From Candidatus Blackburnbacteria bacterium (GTDB lineage: Bacteria; Patescibacteriota; Microgenomatia; UBA8517; UBA10165), in assembly GCA_016183565.1 (NCBI GenBank), contig JACPEJ010000001.1:614479-678478 (forward strand): a stretch of DNA of 64,000 nt, written 5' to 3'. Every line of letters begins with the position of its first letter. Position 1 is the stretch's first letter. A program made the position numbers and the translations under genes. The notes beneath the pieces are model-generated. The model was not told the DNA's origin. It did not search any database and saw only the letters and a list, made by a program, of their open reading frames with translations. Shown piece by piece: positions 8,977 through 17,493 of the stretch.

Positions 8977-9255
8977 GTGGCAAGAGCAGAAAGAGCGCCA
9001 CAACTGGCGCCATGTGCTGGAACCGTAATGCCCACAACCCCGGAGACTCAGCTTTGGTCGGTTTTAGAACGAGCACAAGAGCTTTGTGGTTTTCCTCATC
9101 TAGTGCAGGTAAATCCTGTTGTGGACGAAAGTGATATAAATTTTAGATTGCCTGAGGAATTACGGGTTTTATATGACCATTATATGGAGGAGAGACCAAA
9201 CTGGGAAACCGAGCTTTACGAGAGTGCAAGAACCAACTACCTCTCAACAACTTAA
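8977..9255 (+). CDS. Hypothetical protein
   Basis: ORF fills the gap directly after the prenyltransferase stop codon. Confidence 0.45.
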   Translation: MARAERAPQLAPCAGTVMPTTPETQLWSVLERAQELCGFPHLVQVNPVVDESDINFRLPEELRVLYDHYMEERPNWETELYESARTNYLSTT

Positions 9256-9338
9256 GCTTGCACAACAAATCTTCTCGCACTTTCGGAAAAACCATTTCTT
9301 CTAAACCTACTTCAATGGTACAATTTAGAAGTGAGAAT

Positions 9339-10670
9339 ATGGAAAACATCACCACGAGTGTAATTGCTCGTTACAAAAATGCAAAGCATTTTTTGCGATC
9401 GTTTTGGGAGGTCTTGAAAAATGGGTATCCTGCAAGAAAATTAACTGTTATCGGTGTGACCGGTACCGATGGCAAGACTACAACTTCTCATTTAATTTAT
9501 GAAATTCTAAAAGAAGCAGGCTATAAGGCTGGACTCGTTTCAACAGTGGGAGCTTGGGTGGGGGAAGAATACAGAAATACGGGGTTTCACATAACTACGC
9601 CAAACGCTAAGATGCTGCAACCTTTCCTAAAAAGGTTAGTAGAGGATGGGGTAACTCACTTGGTTTTGGAGACTACATCACATGCACTAGATCAGCATAG
9701 GGTATTGGGCTGCAATTTTAAAATTGGAGTTTTGACAAATGTTACCCACGAGCATTTAGATTATCATAAAACAATTGAGAGATATCAAAAGGCAAAGGCA
9801 AAGCTTTTTAAGGGAGTTAAAGTTGCAGTTTTGAACAATGACGATGGTGCTTTTGATTATTTTAAAGGTGTTACAAATCCAAGGGCAAAAATTATGTCAT
9901 ACAGTCTCCAGGGGCAAGCGAGTTTGCGCGCTCGGAACGCCAAAGCAGAAGGGGGAATCACAAGGTTTAGTGTGTTAGAGAGAGACAAAACACACAGTCT
10001 AACTACAACACTTTCCGGAGAATACAATATCTCCAATATTTTAGGGGCGGTCGGTGTAGCTCGAGCCATGAAAGTACGTTGGGCGGAAATTAAGTTAGCA
10101 ATTTCGGGTTTTGAGGGAGTTAGCGGACGAATGGAGGTTATTGCAGACAAGCCTTTTAAGCTAATTGTGGATTTTGCACATACGCCAAATGCTCTTGAGA
10201 GTTTGCTTTCTAGCCTTGCAAGGCCAGGCCTTGTGAGCCTGGGTAGGTTAGGTCGGTTGATTGTGGTTTTTGGGTGCGCTGGGGAGAGGGATATTGCCAA
10301 ACGTCCAATGATGGGAGAGATTTCCACCCGTCTTGCTGATATTTCGATTTTTACGGCCGAAGATCCTCGTTCTGAGGATGTAAATACAATTATTGGACAA
10401 ATAGCGAAGGGTGCTAGAGCAGCAGGAGCTGTTGAGACAGAATCCCGACGTGCAAAGCTATTCCACCTCCCAGGTGGAATAAATAGGTTTATTCGTGAGC
10501 CAGACAGGAGGCAGGCGATAAGATTGGCAGTGAAACTTGCCAAACCGCATGATATTGTTGTTATTTGCGGAAAGGGCCACGAAAAAAGTATGGCGTATGG
10601 AAAAATCGAAAAGCCGTGGTCAGATCAAAAAGAAGCTCGAGAAGCTTTGAATGCAAGGAAACTTAACTAG
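9339..10670 (+). CDS. murE: UDP-MurNAc-tripeptide synthetase
   Basis: GVTGTDGKTTT, LETTSH, TNVTHEHLDYH, VDFAHTP, EDPR and GKGHE motifs; start chosen after TGgTACAAT. Confidence 0.9.
   Translation: MENITTSVIARYKNAKHFLRSFWEVLKNGYPARKLTVIGVTGTDGKTTTSHLIYEILKEAGYKAGLVSTVGAWVGEEYRNTGFHITTPNAKMLQPFLKRLVEDGVTHLVLETTSHALDQHRVLGCNFKIGVLTNVTHEHLDYHKTIERYQKAKAKLFKGVKVAVLNNDDGAFDYFKGVTNPRAKIMSYSLQGQASLRARNAKAEGGITRFSVLERDKTHSLTTTLSGEYNISNILGAVGVARAMKVRWAEIKLAISGFEGVSGRMEVIADKPFKLIVDFAHTPNALESLLSSLARPGLVSLGRLGRLIVVFGCAGERDIAKRPMMGEISTRLADISIFTAEDPRSEDVNTIIGQIAKGARAAGAVETESRRAKLFHLPGGINRFIREPDRRQAIRLAVKLAKPHDIVVICGKGHEKSMAYGKIEKPWSDQKEAREALNARKLN
10211..10237 (+). repeat. REP-like family B copy, in frame in murE
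   Basis: tagccttgcaaggccaggccttgtgag; an intergenic sibling lies at 63182-63207. Confidence 0.65.
10443..10481 (+). repeat. REP family A copy, in frame in murE
   Basis: tcccgacgtgcaaagctattccacctcccaggtggaata, encoding SRRAKLFHLPGGI. Confidence 0.9.
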
Positions 10671-10703
10671 CACCTATCTTCGGAGTATGCTAAAATACCG
10701 CCT

Positions 10704-11594
10704 ATGGCAGTAAAAAAAGTAGTGGCTCACAAATCGGTCCTTGCACGAGAGTCGGATGGAACTCTCCAGCTTACCCTCACTATTCCACTAAATGACGTTG
10801 CAAAACAGAGAGAAGAGGCAGTTAAAACCCTTACAGCAAAGGTTGAAGTTCCTGGTTTTCGCAAGGGCAAGGTGCCGCGTGACGTAGCTTTAAAGCATAT
10901 TGAGAAGCAGGATCTTTACAACCAGCTTCTTGGGCGCTTGCTTCCAGAAGCTTATACAAAGGCTGTAGAGGAACATGGGTTAAAGCCAATTTTAGCCCCC
11001 CGCTTTGAGTTGGTTTCTTTAGATGATAGCAAAGATTGGGTGGTGCGTGCAGTAACTTGTGAGCTTCCAACTGTTGAAGTAGGGGATTACAAAAAAACAG
11101 TGAAAGGCAATGCTGCTTCTACAAAAATTTGGGTTCCGGGCAAGGATGGGGACAAAGACGATGAAAATAAAGAGGTTACACGAGAAGAGAAGGAGCAGCA
11201 AGCATTAAAGGCACTAATCGAGAGTGCCCAAGTTCAAATTCCTCGTCTGTTTATCGAGGAGGAAGTAAATCATAAGCTTTCAAGGCTTCTTGAGCAAACC
11301 CAACAGCTCGGTTTGACTATCGAGCAGTATCTTGCCTCAACAGGAAAGACAGTGCAAGATATAAAAGGGGAGTTTGCTCAAACCGCAGCTGAAGCTGTTA
11401 AATTAGAGTTAGTATTAAACAAGATTGCAGAGGAAGAAAAAATAACTGTCGAGGAAGCCGAGATTGATGCAATAATTGAAAGTACAGGCAACGAAGATAC
11501 GAAAAAGGCTCTTTCAACACCTCAACAAAGACAAATGATTAATTCGGTTCTTAGGCGTCGTAAGGCGCTTGATAGGTTAGTAAACCTAATCTAG
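10704..11594 (+). CDS. tig: Trigger factor, short form apparently lacking the PPIase domain
   Basis: PGFRKGKVP signature; only 296 aa. Confidence 0.85.
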   Translation: MAVKKVVAHKSVLARESDGTLQLTLTIPLNDVAKQREEAVKTLTAKVEVPGFRKGKVPRDVALKHIEKQDLYNQLLGRLLPEAYTKAVEEHGLKPILAPRFELVSLDDSKDWVVRAVTCELPTVEVGDYKKTVKGNAASTKIWVPGKDGDKDDENKEVTREEKEQQALKALIESAQVQIPRLFIEEEVNHKLSRLLEQTQQLGLTIEQYLASTGKTVQDIKGEFAQTAAEAVKLELVLNKIAEEEKITVEEAEIDAIIESTGNEDTKKALSTPQQRQMINSVLRRRKALDRLVNLI

Positions 11595-11617
11595 AATTTC
11601 TCAAAACCTTAAAAGTT

Positions 11618-12295
11618 ATGTCTTTAAATCGGCAGTTTACCAAACCTGTAAGCAAAGTCCAGTCACGTAGAGGATTGAAAGGCAAATTTCCGCCGTCTTC
11701 AGATGGGCTTGTCGAATCCATCAGAGATATTGGGAAAGGGACATTTGATTCTTTTAAAAACGATCTGGTCAAAGAAACTTCTAAAGACTTCTTGAGGCAA
11801 ATGCTTGGATTTGAAAGACCGCGGGTTCAAGCATCAGGGGAACTTGTGATGGGGCAGACGATTGAGATTGACCAAATAATTGAGTCACAAAACGAAGAGA
11901 AACAGATACTCCAGGCTCGCTTGTTGCGGGAAAAACAACTTCGTGAGGAAGATCACGTAGTTTCAGAACAAAAAAACCAGGAGCTTAAGGTGCAATTACA
12001 TGCTGTGATTCAAGAAGTTTCGCAGCTTGCTACGGCAACGGTAAGTTTATCCGAAAAAGTTAAAATTGCTGCGGTTCAAGCACCGGCAAACCCTGGTGTT
12101 TACCATCTAGTGTTTTTTGAGAAGCTCTTAAGTTTTATGAGATCTTTTCGCAAGAAGATTCAAAATGCTTCAGTTTGGATTCACTCAAGCAATAAGCGTG
12201 CCAGAAGACAAAGAACTTTTTGGGGACAGGTTGGATCGTATGGTGCAAAAAGGCTTCTTTCTTCTGAAGACTCCATGACCAGATCGGCGGGATAG
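11618..12295 (+). CDS. Conserved CPR hypothetical protein (DUF5660-like)
   Basis: PGVYHLVFFEKL...W...FW motif. Confidence 0.6.
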   Translation: MSLNRQFTKPVSKVQSRRGLKGKFPPSSDGLVESIRDIGKGTFDSFKNDLVKETSKDFLRQMLGFERPRVQASGELVMGQTIEIDQIIESQNEEKQILQARLLREKQLREEDHVVSEQKNQELKVQLHAVIQEVSQLATATVSLSEKVKIAAVQAPANPGVYHLVFFEKLLSFMRSFRKKIQNASVWIHSSNKRARRQRTFWGQVGSYGAKRLLSSEDSMTRSAG

Positions 12296-12364
12296 TGTGG
12301 GTGGTGTTTGTTGGAAAAAGTCAGAACTCATTTTGAACAAAATCCCGATTGATTGCCGCACCGC

Positions 12365-13342
12365 TTATTTATCAAATTTCAGAAAATACTCTTTCGGTCT
12401 GGATTCTCGTTCTATTATACCATTCCAGCTTGACTCAACATACGAAACTCTTTTGACTTTTCCATTATGCCAGCAAAGAGGATTTACTATCCGCGATTTG
12501 CAAAAAACTTTTCTAGTATAATCATTTGGATTATTTCTGAAACCGATTTTATTGTTCATTCTATCAAACAGCAAACTCAATGTTGAATCAGTTTTGATAT
12601 GAGGTTCTATTTTTCCCAAAACGATTTTATCGGTAGTGTATAGATCAATTTCAGAAATATACTTTTTTGAAAGTGCATAACGGAGATAATCCCCGACTGT
12701 CCTAAACATAACTGCCGAGGGCAAACCGGCATAATAATCAGTATTTAGCTTTAAAAATAATTTTGCGTATTTTTCCGCACTTTCAAAATCTTTAAAAATC
12801 CATTGTCCATTTTCCGCCAAAAGATTATCAATAAAATATTTTCCGTTTTCAATTTCCTTAAAAACAATGGCAGTTCTTAACGAGTAATCAATTCTGTCCG
12901 TACATAAATCTGGTAAATCTTTTTCTTTTAGCGGAAAATTTTTGTCGTCTAAAATATACTCTATATTTAAACCGTATTTTCTCAATATTTCGGGAATTTC
13001 TGACTTCCTGACAAACTCATCGAAAACGTTATCTTGATAATTATGTTCTTTTTCCGAGCCAGCGTCTAAAACATAATCAATACAATGCGAAAAAGCGGAA
13101 TGGGAAACATCGTGTATAAGTCCGGCGATTTGTTCTTCAATCGACGCGCCATACATTTTTAAGAGCAAATAAACACCGACTGAATGTTCAAAGCGAGAGT
13201 GTGCTGTCTCTGAAAAATGAGGTTCAAAATATCCTGCTTGGTCTATATCTTTTAATCGTTGAATGGTTTTGGAATTTATCAATTCTAAAATAACCGGTTC
13301 ATCGATTTCAAAATTTCCATATACTCGGTCTATGTATTTCAT
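12365..13342 (-). CDS. HD-domain phosphohydrolase
   Basis: QRLKDIDQ, HSRFEHSVG, LIHDVSH and DRIDY motifs. Confidence 0.9.
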   Translation of the reverse strand: MKYIDRVYGNFEIDEPVILELINSKTIQRLKDIDQAGYFEPHFSETAHSRFEHSVGVYLLLKMYGASIEEQIAGLIHDVSHSAFSHCIDYVLDAGSEKEHNYQDNVFDEFVRKSEIPEILRKYGLNIEYILDDKNFPLKEKDLPDLCTDRIDYSLRTAIVFKEIENGKYFIDNLLAENGQWIFKDFESAEKYAKLFLKLNTDYYAGLPSAVMFRTVGDYLRYALSKKYISEIDLYTTDKIVLGKIEPHIKTDSTLSLLFDRMNNKIGFRNNPNDYTRKVFCKSRIVNPLCWHNGKVKRVSYVESSWNGIIERESRPKEYFLKFDK

Positions 13343-13345
13343 AGT

Positions 13346-13590
13346 TTATTTTAACCCCTTAACAAGTTCCTCTGGCGAGGAAATTATTTCTCTAAATAAG
13401 ACGTGGCGACATAGTTCTTCGTCGCTTGTTAATGCATAAATTGAACCAATTTCCAAAGTTGTGCTATTTCTAACATAACCGTCTTTGTTAAAGACAAAAA
13501 CCACATCGGCCATTTGTATTTTGTAAAAATGATCGTGGGTTAAACCAAACCAATTTCTTTTAGTTTTTTGCCAAATTCTCGCATTTCCGG
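13346..13590 (-). pseudogene. Truncated nucleoside 2-deoxyribosyltransferase-like gene remnant
   Basis: ADVVFVFNKDGY...STTLEIG motif; N-terminus missing at the tRNA end; segment after EIG appears deleted. Confidence 0.45.
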
Positions 13591-13638
13591 GCTGTATGCG
13601 GGGTAAACTCCGCCCCGAGCGAGGCGACAAATCGTCTT

Positions 13639-13716
13639 TGGTGGACGGTAGAGGACTCGAACCTCTGAAACCTTCCGCACGTCAAGCGGACGCTCTACCA
13701 ACTGAGCTAACCGTCC
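13639..13716 (-). tRNA. tRNA-Val(GAC)
   Basis: Reverse complement ggacggttagctcagttggtagagcg-tccgc-ttGACgt-gcgga...ggttcgagtcc...accgtccacca. Confidence 0.95.
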
Positions 13717-13773
13717 CAGTTATCCCATTATATCAAAAAAGGCCTCCACTAGAGAAACCCGCACAGAAACACG

Positions 13774-13909
13774 AGTTTCGCAGTTTTGATGAAATCACTT
13801 TCATGTCATTCCCGCGAAAGCCAAGTCTGACTTGGCGAAAGCGGGAATCTATATCAATAATTATTTGTATGGATTCCGTATCAAGTACGGAGTGACAAAG
13901 TGCGAAACT
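13774..13909. repeat. Composite palindromic element: GTCATTCCCGCGAAAGCGGGAATC-type doublet with a nested insert
   Basis: Outer IR agtttcgca/tgcgaaact; tgtcattccc...gggaatct and tggattcc...ggagtgaca; 13-bp caagtctgacttg between gcgaaagc direct repeats. Confidence 0.75.
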
Positions 13910-13994
13910 AGTAAGAAACTAATCTCTTTCGCTTTAATACTTTAAAGTGTAAAAGATTTTCTCCAAAACTCTCTTCAACTACGTATTTAAGGCT

Positions 13995-14026
13995 AATACT
14001 ACACTCCTACGTAGGAGTGTAGTATT
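13995..14026. repeat. Perfect 32-bp palindrome
   Basis: aatactacactcctac|gtaggagtgtagtatt. Confidence 0.9.
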
Positions 14027-14400
14027 CTATCTCTGGGAAGTAAAATAGGTTTGCAATGAACGGTATACGGTGGCGAAAGAGTCCTCCTGTTTGTGCAGGG
14101 GTACGGATCCAAAGTGGGTACACTTGTCGCAGACGTCAGGGGCGTCTACTGGTGTAGGGATGGTTACCCTCGTGTTGACTTGATGGGGTTGTCGCAAGCT
14201 TCCTGAATCGCCTGCACTATATGCCATTCCCGAACCTCTGGGGAGGTTTCATTCTCGCAATAGCGCGGGTTCCGAGCGAGACTGATCTGGTTGCACATTT
14301 GGATGCAAACTCCCGCAGGTTCGCTCGAATGGTACGCACTCTCTGTGCTTCCCAATCGTGACCACTTCGATTCAGGTCTCGGGGCACTCTCTAACGCAGC

Positions 14401-14443
14401 GGCCCGGTGTTTGGGTTCACCCTGGCATCGGGCCTTTTCTTTT
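14401..14443 (+). terminator. Intrinsic terminator
   Basis: ggcccggtg...catcgggcc followed by ttttctttt. Confidence 0.7.
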
Positions 14444-14494
14444 TGAGACAAGCATTTGACAGGGGTGTAAAAATAGTGTTAACCTAAATATGGA

Positions 14495-15214
14495 ATGCCT
14501 GCTGTCCGTAAAAAAACCAGTGCAACAGTTAGTCCTCCGACAGAGACTACTGAACAAAATGTTGCAGTGAAAGAAATGTCCGCTGGTCAAGTAGCAACAG
14601 TGGCGGTGGATACTCAGGAGACGACCATGGTCAGCACTGCAACAGAAAACCAGAAGACGGAACCAACACAAAAAGAACCGGCAATATCTTTTCCAACAGC
14701 AGATTTTTCTGGATCCAAAAAATCCGGCAAGGGCAGGGTTGTAGCAACAATTGTAGTAATATTAATAGCTTTAGGAGCGATAGTTGGAGGAAGCTTTTTC
14801 TACTATACCCAAAAAACCCAGAATGCTAATGGAGGACCCACAGAGGAAGCGGGGAATACAACTCCTTCGCCAGTAGAAGCTACTCCAACTCCAGAGGAAA
14901 CGGGAAATATAGACTTTTCAGAGTACAGTGCTCAGGTCCTTAATGGCTCTGGAATAGGAGGAGAAGCCGGAAAGGTTGAAGCGCTTTTGGAAAAAGCTGG
15001 AATGGAAGATATAAAAACAGGGAATGCAAAGACTTATGATTTTACGGATACTGAGGTACAGGTTGCGGCAGATAGTCCTACAGGGCTTTATGAAGCAGTG
15101 CAAAAAGCATTAGTCGGATATTCAGTTAAAAAGGGTGTGGATCTTTCTGAGGATTCTGAGTTTGATATGATTATCACAGTTGGTTCCAAAAAATCTTCTA
15201 CAACTGAAGAATAA
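14495..15214 (+). CDS. LytR C-terminal domain membrane protein
   Basis: TM helix; VLNGSGIGGEA, GNA and D.IITVG motifs. Confidence 0.8.
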   Translation: MPAVRKKTSATVSPPTETTEQNVAVKEMSAGQVATVAVDTQETTMVSTATENQKTEPTQKEPAISFPTADFSGSKKSGKGRVVATIVVILIALGAIVGGSFFYYTQKTQNANGGPTEEAGNTTPSPVEATPTPEETGNIDFSEYSAQVLNGSGIGGEAGKVEALLEKAGMEDIKTGNAKTYDFTDTEVQVAADSPTGLYEAVQKALVGYSVKKGVDLSEDSEFDMIITVGSKKSSTTEE

Positions 15215-15222
15215 ATCCTGAT

Positions 15223-15256
15223 CTACTTGTACTACCTGTACTACTTGTGCTACTTT
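15223..15256 (+). repeat. 9-bp tandem array (ctacytgta) ending in an extended -10 element
   Basis: ctacttgta ctacctgta ctacttgtg ctacttt; near-identical reverse-complement copy at 63123-63157. Confidence 0.75.
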
Positions 15257-15263
15257 AAAGTGT

Positions 15264-15542
15264 ATGGAGCCAGTAGATAGGGTGCATAGACCATTGGGAA
15301 AGATGCTTCTGCATAATTTCTTGGGGGGTATTGCTTGGGCTTTAGGAGTTACTGTTGGTTTGTCAATTGTTTTGGGAATTTTGGGATACTTGGTTTCTAA
15401 GGTAGATTTTGTTCCAGTAATTGGCGATTTTGTTAAGAAAATTACAGAATCTGTCATTGAGCAACCTAAGCCTGAGATCCGGATACCATCTAAAGCTGCC
15501 GCACCAACTCTAATCCCTACTCAACAAATTCCTGAAGAGTAG
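15264..15542 (+). CDS. DUF5665-like small membrane protein
   Basis: NFLGGIAWALGVTVG...VPVIGDFV motif. Confidence 0.7.
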   Translation: MEPVDRVHRPLGKMLLHNFLGGIAWALGVTVGLSIVLGILGYLVSKVDFVPVIGDFVKKITESVIEQPKPEIRIPSKAAAPTLIPTQQIPEE

Positions 15543-15560
15543 CCAGCGCCAACACATTAA

Positions 15561-15633
15561 CCCCGACGTGCAAACGTGTTCCACCGAGTCAAACTCGGTA
15601 GGCAAGTCTGACTTGCCACTTCCCAGGTGGAAT
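15561..15633 (+). repeat. REP family A copy interrupted by two nested hairpins
   Basis: ccccgacgtgcaaacgtgttccac[cgagtcaaactcggtaggcaagtctgacttgccac]ttcccaggtggaat. Confidence 0.8.
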
Positions 15634-15680
15634 TGACAGAATGTAGCCTGAAGTCTGGTATTTTTGTATAATGTACAAAG

Positions 15681-17444
15681 ATGAATAAACAGAACGATCA
15701 ATTAGAAGCCATGCGACACTCTTGTGAACACGTCTTAACTATGGCGATGATCAAACTTTATCCGGGTTTACTACCTGCAATGGGACCGGCAATTGAGGAT
15801 GGCTTTTATTTCGACTTTGATTACTCCGGAAAAATCTCGGAAGCGGATTTTATAAAGATCGAGGCGGAGATGAAGAGAATTATTAACCAGGACTTGGCAA
15901 TTGTCCACAGTGAACTGTCGGTCGAAGAAGCAAGAGAAGTCTTTGCCCACAATCCTTACAAGTTGGAATGGGCAGAAGAAGCGGACAAAAGAGGAGAGAG
16001 GGTAAGTATTTATACCATCCAGGAAGAGAGCCAAGCCGACTCTTTTGTCGACGTCTGTAAAGGTCCACACGTTGAGTCAACGGGAAAGATTGGACCGTTT
16101 AAATTATTGAGTATTGCAGGAGCCTATTGGCATGGGGACTCTAAGAATAAGATGCTTACCAGGATCTATGGAACCTGTTTCCCAACTAAAGAAGATCTAG
16201 ATCAATACTTATGGCGGCTTGAAGAAGCCGAAAAAAGAAACCACAGAAGGATCGGGCAAGAGATGGAGCTGTTTGCAATCTTTCCTGAGATTGGCCAAGG
16301 GTTGCCTGTTTGGCTGCCAAACGGTTTCACTATTAGAAGGGTTCTCGAGGATTATATGCTTGAAGCCGAAAGAAAACTCGGCTATGAGCACGTGATAACA
16401 CCAGTTATCTCAAGAGCTGAACTTTTTAAAACTTCCGGGCATTTAGGCTTCTATGACGAGTCCATGTATCCACCAATTGAGGTAGATAATGAAAAATTGT
16501 ATCTAAAACCAATGAGTTGTCCTGGAGCAATGTTTATATATAAATACAAGACCAGAAGTTACCGCGATTTACCTATAAAACTAGGTGAATTCGGACTCGT
16601 TTACAGATACGAAAAGTCTGGTGAGCTACACGGTTTGCAAAGAGTCCGCGGTTTTACTCAAAACGATGCGCACATCTTTTGCCGCGAAGACCAAATAGCA
16701 GCTGAGTTAACAGAGGTCATAAATCTCTTAAAGCAATTTTATAAAGATCTGGGTTTTGACAAGTATTGGATTAGGCTCTCTTTATCTGACCCAAAAGACA
16801 AGAAATACGCAATCGCCTCGCGGGAAGAATGGGAGAGAGCAGAAAAAGCACTTAAAAAAGTTCTTGATGATAATAAATTGGAATATGAAGAAGCACCAGG
16901 TGAAGCAGTTTTCTATGGCCCAAAAATTGACATCCAAGCCGTAAATGTTTTCGGCAAAGAAGACACAATCTCTACAATTCAGTTCGATTTTAACCTGCCA
17001 AGAAAATTCGACCTTTTCTATATCGATACATCAGGTGAAAAAGCTCGTCCGTACGTAATACACAGAGCACTCATTGGTTCATTTGAGCGTTTCTTAGCTT
17101 TCCTTATCGAATATTATGCCGGAGCTTTTCCTGTGTGGCTTTCTCCGGTGCAGGCATTGGTTGTGCCAATAACCGAGCGGAATATTGAGTATGCACGAAG
17201 AGTTGGGCGACAGCTTAGGGAGAATGGGGTTCGAGTTCAGGTTGATGACCGATCAGAGACTTTGCAGGCAAAGATAAGGGACGCACAAATCCAAAAAATT
17301 CCATATATGCTTGTGGTGGGGGATAAGGAGCAAGAGTCAGAGACTGTTTCAGTACGGCTTCGAAGTGGCGAAAATACGGGACAAGTTAGCATCAAGGAAT
17401 TTGTTGCCAGTATTAAAAAGGTCATTTCAGAGAAAGAGGCTTAA
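15681..17444 (+). CDS. thrS: Threonine--tRNA ligase
   Basis: HSCEH, LTRIYG, KPMSCP, YRYEKSG, RVRGFTQNDAH, FYGPK and IHRA motifs. Confidence 0.97.
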   Translation: MNKQNDQLEAMRHSCEHVLTMAMIKLYPGLLPAMGPAIEDGFYFDFDYSGKISEADFIKIEAEMKRIINQDLAIVHSELSVEEAREVFAHNPYKLEWAEEADKRGERVSIYTIQEESQADSFVDVCKGPHVESTGKIGPFKLLSIAGAYWHGDSKNKMLTRIYGTCFPTKEDLDQYLWRLEEAEKRNHRRIGQEMELFAIFPEIGQGLPVWLPNGFTIRRVLEDYMLEAERKLGYEHVITPVISRAELFKTSGHLGFYDESMYPPIEVDNEKLYLKPMSCPGAMFIYKYKTRSYRDLPIKLGEFGLVYRYEKSGELHGLQRVRGFTQNDAHIFCREDQIAAELTEVINLLKQFYKDLGFDKYWIRLSLSDPKDKKYAIASREEWERAEKALKKVLDDNKLEYEEAPGEAVFYGPKIDIQAVNVFGKEDTISTIQFDFNLPRKFDLFYIDTSGEKARPYVIHRALIGSFERFLAFLIEYYAGAFPVWLSPVQALVVPITERNIEYARRVGRQLRENGVRVQVDDRSETLQAKIRDAQIQKIPYMLVVGDKEQESETVSVRLRSGENTGQVSIKEFVASIKKVISEKEA

Positions 17445-17493
17445 TTTGAACAAAATATCTTCTGTGTGGTAAAATACTTTTAAGACATTTGCT

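Noticed and set aside
9857-10543. Long antisense ORFs (also 22225-22731, 47940-48617, 58657-59193, 60423-61106)
   Set aside because: Shadow frames opposite well-supported genes, with no recognisable motifs
13596-13895. 99-aa ORF
   Set aside because: Made of antisense tRNA-Val and palindromic repeat sequence
15545-15680. T-box riboswitch upstream of thrS (also checked for pheS and tyrS)
   Set aside because: No T-box motif; the structure is explained by the nested REP, and the -10 lies just before the ATG
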